Assembly: GCA_002719675.1 (NCBI GenBank) | Contig: PBID01000019.1 | Span: 38,556-102,555 of the forward strand | Direction of reading: 5' to 3' | DNA from: Chloroflexota bacterium | Lineage (GTDB): Bacteria; Chloroflexota; Dehalococcoidia; Lucifugimonadales; GCA-2719675 | DNA length: 64,000 bases | In this document: positions 18,662 through 28,773 of the stretch, one piece after another | Numbering within the stretch: position 1 is the first letter of the stretch | Layout of the letters: each line of letters starts with the position of its first letter | Made by a program: the position numbers and the translations under genes | Notes under the pieces: model-generated | What the model was told of the DNA's origin: nothing | Databases searched by the model: none | What the model saw: the letters and a program-made list of their open reading frames with translations, nothing else

Positions 18662-20138
18662 CTTTTTCTTCCACAATTTCAATTTTTCTGATTTTTTTAT
18701 CATTATTTGTATTACTTTGATTAGATGAAAGTTTTTCAATTATATTCATGCCAGAAATAACTTTACCAAATACGGTATGGCAGGAACTGTTGGGTTTCTT
18801 ACAATCTTTTTTGGATCCATCAGGATTGTATCCATCTAGGTGAGGTGTAGCTCTATATGTGATAAAGAATTGAGAGCCATTTGTACCTTTAGAATTTTTT
18901 CTCAATCCAGAATTTGCCATTGAAACTATTCCAGGTGAATTATGTTTAAGGCTAGGATGAAATTCATTATCAAATTCGTAACCGGTATCTCCTTTTCCAG
19001 TTCCTGTAGGATCGCCAGTTTGAGCAACAAATCCAGGGATAATTCTGTGGAAAATTATGTTGTCATAATAACCATCTCTTGCTAAGAAAACAAAATTATT
19101 TACTGTTAAGGGGGTTTTTTTCGCATATAACTCAATGGATACTTGATCACCATTTTCCATGTGAATTATTGCCGAATATTTATTTTCTGGATTGATAGAC
19201 ATTTTTGGATATGAATCAAATTGTTTTCCAAGATGAGTTAAATCTGGCAGAGTGATTTGAGTTTCTATTCCAAAATTTGAAAAATAAGCAGAAAGTTCAA
19301 ATTTTGCATAACTGTTTTCTAACCCTTTTAGAAAAGGTAATGGAATCAAATCAAGTTTGACTTTTCCTGCCAGTGTGATTTTATTGAATTGATTGTTTTT
19401 TGAATCTACTAAAATTTCAGTCTTAATATTTGACAAAGATTCTGATTGAAGTGAACTGAAAGATCCAGTCAATTGATATTCTGAAGAATTTAACAGATTG
19501 ACATTTGGATCTAAAGAAAATTCTTCAGAATCAGAGTTAAAAATATTTAGAAATTGGGATATGTTCCCTGTGAATAAATTATCGTCTCTCAAAGGGTAAA
19601 ATTTGTTGTCGCTTGGATCAGATATATATGATTTTCCATTTTTAGTAATTATTTGATGTGTAAAAGTAAATAATCCAAGCGGAACAAATATCTCAGATTG
19701 ACTACCACCATTTTGTTTGAATATTCCTGAGATTTCCATGGGGATAAGAATTTCAGAATTTTGGAAATTAGTTTTTAGTTTAATTTCCATTTTGTATTTT
19801 GCTGATTCAGCTTTGTTTAAGTGAAGTATTGCGTTATTTACTATCTGGTTTGGGTCATTTTGTACTTTTACGGGAGCCGGAACAGGAAGAGGAATAGCTG
19901 TAGGGTTAGGAGTAGGAGCAGGAGTAGCTGTAGGTGTTGATACAGGCCTTGCCTTTGGTAAAGGTTTATTAGTTATAGGCTTGTCATCAGTTATTTTTGA
20001 TGTAGTATTTTTTATAGAAACTTTTTCTGATTGTGTTGATGATTTATTGGTTTTGTCAGAGTTAAAACACCCAATACAAAGAATTATCAGGATAATTGTT
20101 ATTAAGAAAATTTTCTTTTTTTGCGTTAATCTAAACAT
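18651..20138 (-). CDS. Lipoprotein peptidyl-prolyl cis-trans isomerase (cyclophilin) with a ~300-aa N-terminal domain of unknown function
   Basis: C-terminal cyclophilin '[19 protein letters not shown]...GIVSMANSG...GSQFFIT'. N-terminus '[24 protein letters not shown]' (start ATG at 20138), then a TP-rich linker '[23 protein letters not shown]'. Confidence 0.85.
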   Translation of the reverse strand: MFRLTQKKKIFLITIILIILCIGCFNSDKTNKSSTQSEKVSIKNTTSKITDDKPITNKPLPKARPVSTPTATPAPTPNPTAIPLPVPAPVKVQNDPNQIVNNAILHLNKAESAKYKMEIKLKTNFQNSEILIPMEISGIFKQNGGSQSEIFVPLGLFTFTHQIITKNGKSYISDPSDNKFYPLRDDNLFTGNISQFLNIFNSDSEEFSLDPNVNLLNSSEYQLTGSFSSLQSESLSNIKTEILVDSKNNQFNKITLAGKVKLDLIPLPFLKGLENSYAKFELSAYFSNFGIETQITLPDLTHLGKQFDSYPKMSINPENKYSAIIHMENGDQVSIELYAKKTPLTVNNFVFLARDGYYDNIIFHRIIPGFVAQTGDPTGTGKGDTGYEFDNEFHPSLKHNSPGIVSMANSGLRKNSKGTNGSQFFITYRATPHLDGYNPDGSKKDCKKPNSSCHTVFGKVISGMNIIEKLSSNQSNTNNDKKIRKIEIVEEKDVK

Positions 20139-20240
20139 ATGACAAAATTTATATCCTTGAATCAATTGGCTATATCCGTCGTTACTATTATACTTAAACC
20201 TGTTGAATGAATAAATTTATTTTTTTGGAAGAGTGAAATT

Positions 20241-21227
20241 ATGATTCTAATTTATACCGATGGATCATGTTTAAGTAATCCTGGTCCAGGAGGATGGGCT
20301 GCTATTATTTTAGATGGTGAATCAAAAATGATACTGAAGGGAGGAGAAAAAAATACTACTAACAATCGAATGGAAATGATGGCTGTCATTTCAGGTTTAG
20401 AATCTGTTGCTAACAACGATGATGTAACAATTTATTCTGATAGTAAATATGTAATTGATTCAATCACTCTTGGTTGGAAAAGAAAAGCAAATTTGGATCT
20501 TTGGGAACTTTTAGACCAGCAACTAATCGGTAAAAATGTAGAATGGGAATGGGTCAAAGGGCATTCAGGAGATAAGTATAATGATGAAGCTGATCATATC
20601 GCTTTTTTAGAAGCTAACGCCTCAAAATTAACAAAAGGGTCATATAAAATTGATCCTAGAGTAGAGTATTTGATGAATAAACCTGATATTGAAATAGATG
20701 ATTCCGATAGGAATTCAATTGATACGCGTGATATATCTGTAGAAGGTAAGATGAGTCATTTGGATGATCAAGGTAAAGCTACTATGGTAAACGTTGGTTC
20801 TAAAGAAAAAACTATTCGAAAAGCTGAAGCGAAATGTAATGTAATTCTTGGTGACGAGATTCTTGGATTAATCAAAGATAATCAAATTAAAAAAGGTGAT
20901 GTTTTTTCAGTAGCTAATATTGCTGGAATAATGGCAGCTAAGAAGGCTTCAAGTCTAATTCCTCTTTGTCATACGATTTTGATTGACAAAGTTGAGATAA
21001 ATTTTGATATTGATGAAAATAATAACCAAGTAGAGATAACATCTATAGTTGAAACAAGTGAAAGAACCGGTGTTGAGATTGAAGCATTGGTTGCTGCTAG
21101 TGTGGCAGGCGTAACGATTTATGATATGTGTAAGAGTGTGGATAAGAAAATTCGTATAGACAATTTACGTTTGGTTAAAAAAACCGGTGGCAAAAGTGGT
21201 GATTTTGATATTGAAAAGACAGGTTGA
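20241..21227 (+). CDS. rnhA/moaC: Fusion protein: RNase HI (N-terminal) + cyclic pyranopterin monophosphate synthase MoaC (C-terminal)
   Basis: Residues 1-125: 'IYTDGSC', 'NNRMEMMA', 'IYSDSKYV', 'VKGHSG', 'NDEADHIA'. Residues ~171-325: 'HLDDQGKATMVNVG', 'KGDVFSVANIAGIMAAKK', 'LIPLCH', 'GVEIEALVAASVAGVTIYDMCK'. One uninterrupted ORF. Confidence 0.85.
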   Translation: MILIYTDGSCLSNPGPGGWAAIILDGESKMILKGGEKNTTNNRMEMMAVISGLESVANNDDVTIYSDSKYVIDSITLGWKRKANLDLWELLDQQLIGKNVEWEWVKGHSGDKYNDEADHIAFLEANASKLTKGSYKIDPRVEYLMNKPDIEIDDSDRNSIDTRDISVEGKMSHLDDQGKATMVNVGSKEKTIRKAEAKCNVILGDEILGLIKDNQIKKGDVFSVANIAGIMAAKKASSLIPLCHTILIDKVEINFDIDENNNQVEITSIVETSERTGVEIEALVAASVAGVTIYDMCKSVDKKIRIDNLRLVKKTGGKSGDFDIEKTG

Positions 21228-21802
21228 TTATCAGTAAACATAATATCAATAAAATAATACTTGGATTAGGAAATCCTGGATTAAATTATGTAGGAAGTCG
21301 CCATAATTTAGGTTTTGAGTTGATTGATCTTATTGCTGATAAATATTCGGTTGATTTGAATTCTAAAGATAAAATCATGGTGTATGGCTCTGGGAATATC
21401 AAATCGAATAAAATTCTTCTTGTGAAGCCTAAAACTTATGTGAATAATTCTGGATTTGCTGTAAAACGTATTTTAGAGTTATATTCTTTGAAAATGACGG
21501 AATTAATTGTAGTATATGATGATATGGATTTGACTCCTGGTAAGATCAGGTTTAGGTCACAAGGTAGTGCTGGTGGACATAACGGAATTAAGTCAATTAT
21601 TGATTCTTGTAATTCAGCTATATTTGATCGTTTAAGACTTGGTATTGGTAGACCAGATTATGGAAATGAAGTTGATTATGTTTTAGGAAAGCCTGAATTA
21701 GAAGATGTATCTGAAATTAATTCTGCGTTAGAAAATTCTATCAGTGCATTGGAGTTTTATTTGGATAATGGAATTTTAGCAACAATGGATAAATATAATT
21801 AG
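21224..21802 (+). CDS. pth: Peptidyl-tRNA hydrolase
   Basis: 'LGLGNPGLNYVGSRHNLGF', 'VKPKTYVNNSG', 'GGHNGIKS'. TTG start overlaps the upstream stop by 4 nt. Confidence 0.93.
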   Translation: MIISKHNINKIILGLGNPGLNYVGSRHNLGFELIDLIADKYSVDLNSKDKIMVYGSGNIKSNKILLVKPKTYVNNSGFAVKRILELYSLKMTELIVVYDDMDLTPGKIRFRSQGSAGGHNGIKSIIDSCNSAIFDRLRLGIGRPDYGNEVDYVLGKPELEDVSEINSALENSISALEFYLDNGILATMDKYN

Positions 21803-21818
21803 CATTTGAGGTTAAGTA

Positions 21819-22103
21819 ATGGGTTTAAGTTTAGATCAAGTCAAAAAAATAGCTAAGTTATCTAGGATTAAAATGACTGATGAACAGTTAAAAAACATGC
21901 GTATTGAATTAGAGAATATTTTCAATCATATTGATGTTATTCAGAAAGCTGATACTGAGAAGATTGAACCTACAGGTCATTCTGTTAATTTGGATTCAGT
22001 TTTCAGGAATGATGTAGTAGAAAAATCAGCTCCTGTTAAGGAAGCGTTGAAGAATGCCCCCAAACAAGAAGATGATTTTTTTACAGTTAGAAAAATTATT
22101 TGA
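21819..22103 (+). CDS. gatC: Glu/Asp-tRNA amidotransferase subunit C
   Basis: 94 aa: 'VKKIAKLSRIKMTDEQL', 'IEPTGH'. Immediately upstream of gatA. Confidence 0.9.
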   Translation: MGLSLDQVKKIAKLSRIKMTDEQLKNMRIELENIFNHIDVIQKADTEKIEPTGHSVNLDSVFRNDVVEKSAPVKEALKNAPKQEDDFFTVRKII

Positions 22104-22120
22104 TTATTTAGGTTTTAAAA

Positions 22121-23590
22121 TTGTCTCAAGATGAATTAAAAAATTTAACTATTCATGAAGCCAGAAAAATGTTGGATTCAAGAAAGATATCTTCAAAAGA
22201 GTTAACAAATATTTTTCTTGAAAGAATACAAAAGGTTGATCAATCAACTAATGCTTACATAACTGTCACAACGGAATTTGCTTTGCAACAAGCTGATATT
22301 GCTGATGAAAAAATCAGAATTGGAGAACAGAAACCGTTGACTGGAATTCCAATGCAGCTGAAGGATAATATGTCAACTGCTGGAATAAAAACAACTTGTG
22401 CGTCAAAGATGTTGGAAAATTACATTCCATCGTATAATTGTACAGTTGCTGATAGATTATTTTCTGAAGGTGCAATTTTATTAGGAAAAGGAAATCTCGA
22501 TGAGTTTGCAATGGGTTCTTCAACAGAAAACTCATATTATGCTTCCACTGCTAATCCTTGGGATTTAAAAAGAGTTCCTGGAGGTTCTAGCGGAGGTCCT
22601 GCAGCTGCAGTTTCAGCAGATGAATGTCTGTTTTCACTAGGGTCTGATACTGGTGGTTCAATTAGACAACCTGCAGCTTTCTGTGGAGTTGTAGGAATGA
22701 AGCCAACTTATGGAGTTGTGAGCAGATTTGGACTAATTGCATTTGCTAGTTCTTTAGATCAAATAGGTCCAATTACTAAAAATGTCCAAGATTCTGCGAT
22801 TGTTTTGAACGCGATTTCTGGATATGATCCTAAGGACTCCACATCTATAAAAAATGTTTCTCAAGATTATATTTCGAACTTGAAGTCAAATATTTCTGGT
22901 ATGAAATTAGGCGTTCCTAAGGAGTATTTTCCAGATGGAATGGAGGAAGGTGTAAAAAAATCTGTCTTTCAAGCGATTGAACAGTTTAAAAAATTAGGAG
23001 TAGAGATCAAAGAAGTTTCTTTGCCTCATACAGATTATGCACTTGCAGTTTATTATATTATTGCTCCTTCTGAGGCTGCAGCTAATTTAGCGAGATACGA
23101 TGGTGTCAAATATGGATTTTCTTCTAAAGGAGATTTGGAAGATATTTTTGATGATATTGAAACAACTAGACAAGGTGGATTTGGTGATGAAGTGAAACGT
23201 AGGATTATGATTGGAACCTATGCTTTGTCAGCTGGATATTATGATGCATATTACTTAAAAGCCCAAAAAATCAGAACAATAATTCGTGAAGAATTTAACG
23301 AAGTTTTTAAAAATGTTGATGCTTTAATTACTCCAACTTCTCCTACTGTTGCTTTTAAATTGGGTGAAGTAATTGATCCTTTACAGATGTATTTAAATGA
23401 TGTTTTTACTCAACCTGCAAATATTGCAGGCCTTCCTAGTATTTCGATTCCATGTGGAATTTCTGAAGGATTACCTGTGGGAGTTCAATTAATGTCTTCT
23501 CCAATGAATGATGGTGTTGTATTAAATTTGGCAAATGCTTTCGAACAATCAACTGATTGGCATGATTTAAAACCTGAAATATTTATTTAA
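22121..23590 (+). CDS. gatA: Glu/Asp-tRNA amidotransferase subunit A
   Basis: Amidase signature '[13 protein letters not shown]', '[25 protein letters not shown]'. TTG start. Confidence 0.95.
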   Translation: MSQDELKNLTIHEARKMLDSRKISSKELTNIFLERIQKVDQSTNAYITVTTEFALQQADIADEKIRIGEQKPLTGIPMQLKDNMSTAGIKTTCASKMLENYIPSYNCTVADRLFSEGAILLGKGNLDEFAMGSSTENSYYASTANPWDLKRVPGGSSGGPAAAVSADECLFSLGSDTGGSIRQPAAFCGVVGMKPTYGVVSRFGLIAFASSLDQIGPITKNVQDSAIVLNAISGYDPKDSTSIKNVSQDYISNLKSNISGMKLGVPKEYFPDGMEEGVKKSVFQAIEQFKKLGVEIKEVSLPHTDYALAVYYIIAPSEAAANLARYDGVKYGFSSKGDLEDIFDDIETTRQGGFGDEVKRRIMIGTYALSAGYYDAYYLKAQKIRTIIREEFNEVFKNVDALITPTSPTVAFKLGEVIDPLQMYLNDVFTQPANIAGLPSISIPCGISEGLPVGVQLMSSPMNDGVVLNLANAFEQSTDWHDLKPEIFI

Positions 23591-23602
23591 GGGAGTTTAA
23601 AA

Positions 23603-24439
23603 ATGGGGACAGATTTTTTGCTTAAGGAATATAAAAATAATGAGTCTCAACTAAAATCTTTCAACAATCTAGGATATGCTTTTTTCAAGAATGTTTTAAG
23701 TAAGCAGGAGATTTTGGAATTAAGAAATGCAATGGATAAATTAACCCCGATTAAAGAAAGTTTTGATAGAGACGGGATTCATCCTGAAGGTAATTTTTTT
23801 GAAAAACACATAAAGTGTGTTTTTAACAGGGATTCTATTTTTTTGTCTTATGTTGATCGTAAAGAGATAATAGATTTTGTTGCTTCTGCTGTAGGCCATA
23901 AAGTACATGCTGGATCTAGAAATTTAGAATATGAAAATTTTCATATAATAGGTATGACAGCTTGGGTTACTGGACCAGGACGTACTGATCAGCAACTTCA
24001 TTGTGATTGGTTACCCTTTCCTTTGCCAGAAGATGTTATCAAAGACTCTCGGGTTAAGGTGCCTTTATTAGTTACTACGGTACATTATTATTTAGATGAT
24101 TTGTTTGAAGATTTAGGACCAACAAAATTTGTTCCAGGATCACACTTGTCTGGCCGATTGCCAAATGGCGATACATCTTGGAATGGACAAGAGGAACAAA
24201 GTATTTTGTGTGATGCAGGAGATGTTCTTGTTTTCAGAAGTGATGTTTGGCACCGTGGAACTGCGAATAAAAGCAATCAAAATCGATATTTATTACAGGT
24301 TCATTATGCTAATCGTATGATAGCACAAAAGTTTCCTCCTTACTTGAATCAATTTCAATTTAATCAAGTAATCCTTGATCAAGCAACGCCTCGTCAAAGA
24401 AGGATTTTGGGAGATCACCCTAACGCAGCTTATGACTAA
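23603..24439 (+). CDS. Phytanoyl-CoA dioxygenase (PhyH)-family Fe(II)/2-oxoglutarate oxygenase
   Basis: 'QQLHCDW' and 'GDVLVFRSDVWHRGTAN' (His-x-Asp...His facial triad pattern, C-terminal Arg). Confidence 0.75.
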   Translation: MGTDFLLKEYKNNESQLKSFNNLGYAFFKNVLSKQEILELRNAMDKLTPIKESFDRDGIHPEGNFFEKHIKCVFNRDSIFLSYVDRKEIIDFVASAVGHKVHAGSRNLEYENFHIIGMTAWVTGPGRTDQQLHCDWLPFPLPEDVIKDSRVKVPLLVTTVHYYLDDLFEDLGPTKFVPGSHLSGRLPNGDTSWNGQEEQSILCDAGDVLVFRSDVWHRGTANKSNQNRYLLQVHYANRMIAQKFPPYLNQFQFNQVILDQATPRQRRILGDHPNAAYD

Positions 24440-24562
24440 ATTATCTTTATCATTGTCTCGGGATAAGTTGTTCTTTTACCATTGCGCTGTTGAACTTATT
24501 GCTGTTAGAATTTCGATTAATATTGATATGTGAAAATTTTATCGGAATGTTTTGGAGCAAAA

Positions 24563-25636
24563 ATGGTTAACAAAAATAAAATCTCAGTAGGATATATAAC
24601 TACACCTCATCCTCATGGTTCTATGCATATTAAAACTTTAGATGTGATTGATGAAGTTGATCAAATATATCTTTGTGGATTAGAAAATGAAGATTTGGAA
24701 TCTATGGCTAGTTTGTCTAGTAAAGTTGTTTCTAAGACAACTGATTTATCGGAAATTCTTTCTAATAAAGATATTGATGCTTTGTTGGTATGTGTTAGGC
24801 CAGATATTTGTCCAGGAGTTTTGGATGCTGCTTTGGATGCTGGTAAAGGGGCGTTATTTGAAAAGCCTGGTGCTTTAACGTCTAAGGATTTAAAACCAAT
24901 TGCAAAGAAAGCTAACGAACTTGGGATCACTATGGGTACAATGTTTCAGAATAGATTTGGCCCTTCGATGCAAGATATCAAAAGGATCGTAGATGGTGGT
25001 GCTTTAGGTAATTTGATGACGGTGGAAGCTAGAATGGTTACTTCTCAAGTTAGATATAGAGATCCAGAAATGTGGATTTTTAAAAAGGATATGGCTGGAA
25101 CTGGAATTCTTGGATGGTTAGGTTGCCATTACATTGATTTACTATGCCATTTAATTGATTCGAAAATTAAAACAGTTACGGCTATTGTTGGTAATCGAAA
25201 TCCTGAAAAAATTGAAGTAGAAGATACGGCTGGCTTAGTAGTGAAATTTGAGAATGGTGTTCTAGGAACAATTAATTGTGGATATCATTTACCTTCAAGT
25301 AGCGCAGGGTATTCATCTGCAGCTTATGACACTTTTATAGGTATTAGGGGCGCAGATGGATATGTGAGACTCGAGCCATCTGAAGGAGAAGGATACTCCT
25401 TGATGAGCATATCTCCTGATTGGGAAAGTGGTGGATTGCGTCAAATTGATTTTAATAATATGCCTCATTCTGAAGCATATGGCGATGTTGGAGGTAGAAA
25501 TTTTGTTTCTGATTTTCTTATTGCTGCAATTGAAAAACGTCCAGCAAAAGTAACGATTGATGATGCAGTACACGTCTTAGAAGTTATTGATGCTGCGATT
25601 GAATCCTCTAGCACAGGTAGAACTATTGATTTGTAA
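24563..25636 (+). CDS. Gfo/Idh/MocA-family oxidoreductase (paralogue of 56983..58056)
   Basis: 'FEKPGA' motif. GGAG at 24554-24557 precedes the ATG at 24563. Collinear similarity to the 56983..58056 product, e.g. 'AVHVLEVIDAAIESSSTGRT' against 'AVHVLEVIDAAVESSRTGRT'. Confidence 0.8.
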   Translation: MVNKNKISVGYITTPHPHGSMHIKTLDVIDEVDQIYLCGLENEDLESMASLSSKVVSKTTDLSEILSNKDIDALLVCVRPDICPGVLDAALDAGKGALFEKPGALTSKDLKPIAKKANELGITMGTMFQNRFGPSMQDIKRIVDGGALGNLMTVEARMVTSQVRYRDPEMWIFKKDMAGTGILGWLGCHYIDLLCHLIDSKIKTVTAIVGNRNPEKIEVEDTAGLVVKFENGVLGTINCGYHLPSSSAGYSSAAYDTFIGIRGADGYVRLEPSEGEGYSLMSISPDWESGGLRQIDFNNMPHSEAYGDVGGRNFVSDFLIAAIEKRPAKVTIDDAVHVLEVIDAAIESSSTGRTIDL

Positions 25637-25659
25637 AGATTTTTATAGGAGTAAAAGTT

Positions 25660-26688
25660 ATGCCTAAAGGTAAAAGATTAGTTTCCGTTTATCAAGGACC
25701 TGATGTTAATAGAACTATTGAAATAGAAGATTTTGAAACTTCAGAGATAGGTGATAGTCAGGTTTTAGTTAAAGTTTCTAAAAGTCAAGTCAGTGCAGGT
25801 AGTGAAAAAGGCTATGTAACAGGAATGCATAGTTTGCCTGTTACAGATGCAGATATGAGAAGATTACCAGGATACACTACAGTCGGGCATGTACTTGAAG
25901 CAGGAAAATCTATGTCTGCTTTTAAACCAGGTGATCGTGTTTTAACTTATGGTAATCATGCTTCACATTGGGTAACAGAACCTGATTTAAATCCAAGTGA
26001 CCCTATAAAAATTCAACATATTGATTTTGATATTACAGATGAACAAGCTGCGATGGCTCGTCTGGGTGATGTTGCTTTACATTGTATTAGACGAGGTGAA
26101 TTACAGATAGATGAAAAAGTAGCAGTTTTTGGAGTTGGTGTAGTTGGTCAATTATTAGTATCTTTTGCAAAAATTTCCGGAGCTTATCCTGTGATTGCAG
26201 TAGATATGGATGACGATAGATTAGAATTAGCACGTCAAAGTGGTGCTACACATACAGTTAATGCAGGAAAAGAGAATGCTGCTGCTGCTATTCAGGAAAT
26301 CACTAATGGTGGAGCTCAATGTGTATTTCATTCTAATCGAAACCCTAACGTTTTAGCAGACTGTATGGAAGCTGCTGCGATGAGAGGAAAAGTTTGTCTT
26401 GTTGGTAGCCCTCCCGGAAAAGCAGAAATTGGACTTCAGGTAGATTTACTTAGAAGAGAATTAGATATCAGAGGATCTTATGGAACGATTGATTATGCAC
26501 ATAGAAATTACGCCTGGACTCAACGAAGAGACAGAGTAGCAATATGGCGTATGATCGAATCTGGAGATTTAAAAGTAGATCATCTTATTAGTCATGTTGC
26601 AAAACCAGAAATGGCAAATGATTTATATCAAAAAATTGGAGAAGGAACCAGCGGGTGGATGGGAATATTTTTTGATTGGACAGAATAA
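25660..26688 (+). CDS. Medium-chain (zinc-type) alcohol dehydrogenase-family oxidoreductase
   Basis: GroES-like N-domain 'FKPGDRVL' and Rossmann 'VAVFGVGVVGQLLVSFAK'. Confidence 0.8.
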   Translation: MPKGKRLVSVYQGPDVNRTIEIEDFETSEIGDSQVLVKVSKSQVSAGSEKGYVTGMHSLPVTDADMRRLPGYTTVGHVLEAGKSMSAFKPGDRVLTYGNHASHWVTEPDLNPSDPIKIQHIDFDITDEQAAMARLGDVALHCIRRGELQIDEKVAVFGVGVVGQLLVSFAKISGAYPVIAVDMDDDRLELARQSGATHTVNAGKENAAAAIQEITNGGAQCVFHSNRNPNVLADCMEAAAMRGKVCLVGSPPGKAEIGLQVDLLRRELDIRGSYGTIDYAHRNYAWTQRRDRVAIWRMIESGDLKVDHLISHVAKPEMANDLYQKIGEGTSGWMGIFFDWTE

Positions 26689-27165
26689 TTAATTATTTAA
26701 CTCCACGGCATTACCCCAAATCCATCCGATTTCGCCAGTTTCATTTATTTTGATTTTCATTAGGCCGACGTGATAATTTCTAGGTCCTCCATTTTCCATT
26801 TCTATATATGAATAAAAGCAACTTGCATCTTCAATAAAAGTTACTTGAGTACCTACAGCTATTGGTGTTCCGTCAGTTTCTTTAATGAAGCAGTGTTCTA
26901 CTTTACCTTTGCCTTGCCGGACTAATCTCCTGTATTCAAAATCTGGCCATAATCTTAGAGGTAGTTCTACTCTTGGTCCTTTTCCACCTCCATCTCCATA
27001 TTGTTCAACTTCTAACGAAGGAGGAACAACGGAGCCTGGTTTTGCTGCACCTGAACTACTATCTGATGATGAACAGCTAATAACAAATAAACCTATTAAT
27101 AAAGCAAGTATTTGAAAAAGAGTCCATATTTGAACTGTTCTAATTATCTTAACTTTCAGGTTCAT
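26689..27165 (-). CDS. Small Cys-anchored secreted protein, family member A (unknown function)
   Basis: Leader with lipobox 'FVISC|SSS', an S/G-rich linker, then 'VELPLRLWPDFEY', 'HCF', 'ASCFY', 'KIKINETGEIGWIWGNAV'. Paralogous to 29700..30188, 48894..49406 and 61256..61786. Lies 36 nt downstream of the MFS gene. Confidence 0.8.
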   Translation of the reverse strand: MNLKVKIIRTVQIWTLFQILALLIGLFVISCSSSDSSSGAAKPGSVVPPSLEVEQYGDGGGKGPRVELPLRLWPDFEYRRLVRQGKGKVEHCFIKETDGTPIAVGTQVTFIEDASCFYSYIEMENGGPRNYHVGLMKIKINETGEIGWIWGNAVELNN

Positions 27166-27201
27166 AGTATTACCTTCTATTAATCATATTAATATCAAAT
27201 G

Positions 27202-28416
27202 TCATTTTTCATTAGGATTTGTAAATGATACAGGTAACAATGTTAAGAAAGCAATTAAAGAGACAATGCTTGCGAACCAAAATGCTGATTGAATATTTGA
27301 GATTTGAACAAAAAATCCTGCTAAAATTGGGGCTATTAACGTAAATGGTTGACTGAATAATCCCATGATACCCATTGAACTAGATTGGATATTTTTATCA
27401 GCTATATCCATGATTGCAGAAGTTGCGATATTTGAAACTGCGTAAAAGAATAAACCTATTGATGAAATTACTATGCCAAGTTGAATTGAGTTGTTAGAAA
27501 TTATTAACCCTAAGTACAATAATGATAATAACCCGTAACTGGGAGCTAGAACCATTTTTCTACCATATTTATCTGAAGCTACACCCATAATTGGTTGTGA
27601 AATCATTCCTAGAACATATAGTAAAGTTAGGTAAATACCTAGAACAAATGAGGAATATCCTAAGGTTTCGCTGATGTAAATTGGAAGAAATGTTTGTATC
27701 ACAAGTCTTCCCATCAATATGAAAGAATAAGAGGCCATAATACTGATTGTTTGAATACTAGAAGCTAGTTTTTTAATATCTGATAAATAATTTTTGAATT
27801 CTTTTTTTTCATTTTGCCATCGATAAGCTTTAATTACACTAAAAGAAATTATTAATCCAGCAACGATTGATGCGGGGAAATGTAGCATCATGATATTTTG
27901 CCAAGAGAATTGAAGGAACAATGCACCTACAATTATTGGTCCTAAAGAATCCCCTATACTTGCTCCTACACCATGGATTGATAAAGCGGTGCCACGATTA
28001 TTGGGATATGTTATTGAAAGAGCTCCAATTCCTGCAGGATGCCATAAGGCTGTACCAAATCCTATTACAGCAGAGGCTAAAATTGCTATAGAATATGAGT
28101 TTGTAACACCCATTAAAAAATATCCACTTCCAAAAGACATTATGGCGCTGAATAAAATTAAGGATGTATAGCGCCTGTATGAGTCAGCTATAAAACCTGA
28201 AGGTAAGTTTAAGCCAGTCATTGAAGATTGCCTAATTGATGATAAAACTCCAATTTGAACGTCTGAAAGAGATAAACTCGATTTTACAAATGGCAAAATT
28301 AATGAAAACAAACCTTGATACCAATGAACAATTGTGTGCCCAAAAGTCAGAGTGATTAACAGCATTTTTTTTGATAAAAATGAGTTATCTATTTCTTTTA
28401 TTTTATCTGAATGCAT
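27202..28416 (-). CDS. MFS transporter
   Basis: 404 aa, about 12 hydrophobic segments. MFS loop motifs 'GFIADSYRRY' and 'ASDKYGRK'. Confidence 0.85.
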   Translation of the reverse strand: MHSDKIKEIDNSFLSKKMLLITLTFGHTIVHWYQGLFSLILPFVKSSLSLSDVQIGVLSSIRQSSMTGLNLPSGFIADSYRRYTSLILFSAIMSFGSGYFLMGVTNSYSIAILASAVIGFGTALWHPAGIGALSITYPNNRGTALSIHGVGASIGDSLGPIIVGALFLQFSWQNIMMLHFPASIVAGLIISFSVIKAYRWQNEKKEFKNYLSDIKKLASSIQTISIMASYSFILMGRLVIQTFLPIYISETLGYSSFVLGIYLTLLYVLGMISQPIMGVASDKYGRKMVLAPSYGLLSLLYLGLIISNNSIQLGIVISSIGLFFYAVSNIATSAIMDIADKNIQSSSMGIMGLFSQPFTLIAPILAGFFVQISNIQSAFWFASIVSLIAFLTLLPVSFTNPNEK

Positions 28417-28431
28417 GTGATGTTGTGTTTT

Positions 28432-28638
28432 TTAAGGAATCTTTTTTTTCAATTGTTCTAAAATTTCATACCATTTTAGAGGTCTTTTATTGCTTTCTCT
28501 AGAAACATGCCAACCGTCATGTCTTTGACACCAATATGAAACTAGGGTTTCTTTGACCAATGGATCTTTGTTAAATTGATCTATAAAAGTTTCCACCATT
28601 TTTTTTGATTTAAATCTTTTTTTTTCTTGGCAACCCAT
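28432..28638 (-). CDS. Hypothetical small basic protein (68 aa)
   Basis: ORF 15 nt upstream of the MFS gene. Lys/Arg-rich with a 'YWCQRHDGWHVS' segment. No confident family and no visible RBS. Confidence 0.4.
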   Translation of the reverse strand: MGCQEKKRFKSKKMVETFIDQFNKDPLVKETLVSYWCQRHDGWHVSRESNKRPLKWYEILEQLKKKIP

Positions 28639-28773
28639 AATTAATTAATATAACACCTTTAGTTTATATAAATATACTTCTTTAAAGTAGATGTGCAGAC
28701 ATAATATATATTTGATGAATAATCTTTAGTAAAATTTGATGGGAAATTTCATTAGTTTTTATGAGTTCAAAAT

